Source: Thermoanaerobaculia bacterium
GTDB taxonomy: Bacteria; Acidobacteriota; Thermoanaerobaculia; Multivoradales; Multivoraceae
DNA length: 64,000 nt
Assembly (NCBI GenBank): GCA_963666565.1
Contig: OY762911.1
Location: 1,056,001-1,120,000 of the forward strand
Direction of reading: 5' to 3'
Position numbers and translations under genes: made by a program. Of the stretch, positions 62,256 to 64,000 are shown piece by piece (the stretch's first letter is position 1; the number at the start of each line of letters is the position of its first letter). The notes below the pieces were generated by a model. The model had not been told where the DNA came from. It was given only the letters and a program-made list of their open reading frames with translations, and did not search any database.

Positions 62256-62338
62256 GGTAAACCGATTTAGCCGGCAGCCGCGTCGAAAGCCCGGCTCTCT
62301 CCCGCTGCAGACGGAAGCGGCGGCTAAATCGTTTTAGC
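62256..62338. promoter_or_regulatory. Two LacI-type operators
   Basis: GGTAAACCGATTTAGC (62256-62271) and GCTAAATCGTTTTAGC (62323-62338), both CG-centred palindromes. Confidence 0.78.
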
Positions 62339-62351
62339 ATGCTAGTCTGCG

Positions 62352-62379
62352 ACTGTACACGCCGCGCCGGATTTGTCAA
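62352..62379 (-). promoter_or_regulatory. Sigma70-like promoter for the TonB receptor operon
   Basis: Minus strand TTGACA-16 nt-TACAGT, directly upstream of the LacI operator. Confidence 0.6.
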
Positions 62380-62447
62380 GAGCGGGTGAAGCGGACCTTC
62401 GCTCGACCGTTCGGAGGCGGGCAAGCGTCGGGAGGAGCGACGGAGAG

Positions 62448-63536
62448 ATGAGTGCCGCCAAACCAGGAGAAGCCCGCGGCGGCGAGCCGAAGCCCGCGAA
62501 GCCCGTTCGGCTGAAGGACGTGGCGGCCCATCTCGGTCTCTCGCCGACGACGGTCTCCCTCGTGATGAACCGTTCGCCCGCGGCCCGGGGCATCCCCCCG
62601 GCGACCCAGGAGAGAGTCCGCGCCGCGGCGGCGGAGCTGGGCTACCGCCCCAACTTCATTGCGCGGTCGCTGCGCCGCCAGCGGAGTTTCGCCGTCGGCG
62701 TCCTGCTGCCGGAGATCAGCGAGGGCTACGCGGCCGGTGTGCTGGGCGGCATCGACGACGAGCTGCTCAAGGGAGGCTACTTCTACCTGGTCGCCGGCCA
62801 CCGCTCGGAGCCCCGGCTGTTCGACTCCTACCTCGAGTTCCTCACCGAACGCTCGGTGGAAGGGCTGATCCTGGTCAACACGCCGATCGAGGAGCCTCTC
62901 GCCCTGCCCACGGTCGCGGTTGCCGGCCACCGCGAGATGGCCGGCGTGACGAACGTCGCCATCCACCACCTGGACGCGGCGCGCCGGGCGCTCGGTCACC
63001 TGGCGGAACTGGGTCACCGGCGGGTCGCCTTCTTCAAGGGCCACGCCCACTCGGCGGATACCGAGTCGCGCTGGCGGGGGATCGTCGCGGCCGCTGGCGA
63101 GGCGGGGATCGAGATCGACCCGCGGCTCGTGGTCCAGCTATCCGGCGACCCGGCCGGCGAGGAGTTCTCGCCCGAGGAGGGTTACCGCGAGGGCCGTGCG
63201 TTCGGCCGGAAGCTGATCGACACCGGAGTTCCGTTCACCGCGCTCTTCGCCTTCAACGACGTTTCGGCGATCGGCGCGATGCGGGCGTTCGCGGAGAACG
63301 GCCTGCGCGTTCCGGAAGACGTCTCGGTCGTCGGTTTCGACGACATCGTCAGCGCGGCCTTCCAGAACCCCAGCCTGACCACCGTTCGCCAGCCGCTGCA
63401 CGAGATGGGCCAGACGGCGGCCTCCGCGTTGCTGCGCCGGCTGAGCAGGGCGGACGAGGCGCCGCCGGCCAGGATCACGATCGAGCCGACTCTCGTCGTC
63501 CGGGAATCGACCGGACCGGCGCCCGGCGATGACTGA
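62448..63536 (+). CDS. LacI family transcriptional regulator
   Basis: RLKDVAAHLGLSPTTVSLVMN...LGYRPNFIARSL...FAFND...VPEDVSVVGFDD...PSLTTVRQP...LVVREST. Confidence 0.96.
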   Translation: MSAAKPGEARGGEPKPAKPVRLKDVAAHLGLSPTTVSLVMNRSPAARGIPPATQERVRAAAAELGYRPNFIARSLRRQRSFAVGVLLPEISEGYAAGVLGGIDDELLKGGYFYLVAGHRSEPRLFDSYLEFLTERSVEGLILVNTPIEEPLALPTVAVAGHREMAGVTNVAIHHLDAARRALGHLAELGHRRVAFFKGHAHSADTESRWRGIVAAAGEAGIEIDPRLVVQLSGDPAGEEFSPEEGYREGRAFGRKLIDTGVPFTALFAFNDVSAIGAMRAFAENGLRVPEDVSVVGFDDIVSAAFQNPSLTTVRQPLHEMGQTAASALLRRLSRADEAPPARITIEPTLVVRESTGPAPGDD

Positions 63537-64000
63537 ACCCCGCGCCACGCCTGGCTGGTTGCCGCTCTACGCCGGGTTCCTGATCACCGGCGTGGTGACC
63601 GTGCTCCTCGGCCCGTTGCTGCCCGACCTGGCCGGCGAGTGGCGGCTGCCGGTCGAGGAGTTGCGGGCGCTCTTCGTCGTCCAGTTCCTCGCCAGCGCCG
63701 CCGGGTCCTTCGTGTCGAGCTACCGGCTCGGCCTCAGCCTGTCGCTCGGCTACCTGTCGATCGCGGTCGGCCTGGCGGCGCTGTCGCACGCGGGCTGGCC
63801 CGCGGCGCTGGCGCCGATGGCCGCCGTCGGCCTGGGGCTGGGGCTCGCGATTCCGGCGACGAATCTCCGCGTCGCCCACTCGCAGCCGGCGCGGCGGGGC
63901 GCGGCGCTCTCGTCGCTCAACATGGTCTGGGGCGCCGGCGCCGTCGCCTGCCCCCTGCTGTTCGCCTTCCGGCCGCCGGCGATGTCGAGCGACGCGGTGC
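63529..64000 (+). CDS. MFS transporter (FucP/TsgA-like), truncated at the right edge
   Basis: Manual translation from ATG 63529: LYAGFLITGVVTVLLGPLLPDL...RGAALSSLNMVWGAGAVACP. Overlaps the lacI stop. Confidence 0.82.
   Translation, partial: MTEPRATPGWLPLYAGFLITGVVTVLLGPLLPDLAGEWRLPVEELRALFVVQFLASAAGSFVSSYRLGLSLSLGYLSIAVGLAALSHAGWPAALAPMAAVGLGLGLAIPATNLRVAHSQPARRGAALSSLNMVWGAGAVACPLLFAFRPPAMSSDAV

Overview
GC-rich bacterial chromosomal window. The Oar-like TonB receptor with an N-terminal carboxypeptidase-regulatory-like domain and the heme c/Cu-monooxygenase protein suggest Acidobacteriota, but that is inference. Left to right it contains: (1) a patchy accessory region (1-10.6 kb) with two AAA-ATPase/PD-(D/E)XK paralogs, a tandem-DSBA gene carrying repeat insertions, a coiled-coil membrane protein, a HigB/HigA-like TA pair and a lower-GC three-gene islet; (2) a MaoC-MaoC-CaiB-CitE CoA-ester operon; (3) a ~14 kb defence/TA hotspot (16.6-30.3 kb) with a Type I R-M system whose HsdR carries a C-terminal Schlafen/AlbA_2 domain. 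A second, oppositely oriented pair (large N6-MTase plus stand-alone PD-(D/E)XK nuclease) and an orphan AbiEi sit between hsdM and hsdS, surrounded by TA genes and TA remnants; (4) acyl-CoA dehydrogenase-MmgE/PrpD and a Liv-type ABC/FadD operon; (5) a GS-like ligase-P450-gamma-glutamyl hydrolase-meta-cleavage cluster, a candidate new aromatic-amine pathway; (6) a TetR-controlled sulfatase::DJ-1 fusion; (7) a LacI-regulated TonB receptor-GH3-SSS beta-glucan locus. A family of co-varying REP-like hairpins (GGTGC + 7-bp stem/4-nt loop) occurs more than 12 times, several copies in frame inside genes. Many internally deleted gene scars are present. No rRNA, tRNA or CRISPR array was found. All protein family calls are from motif recognition by eye, not from database searches.
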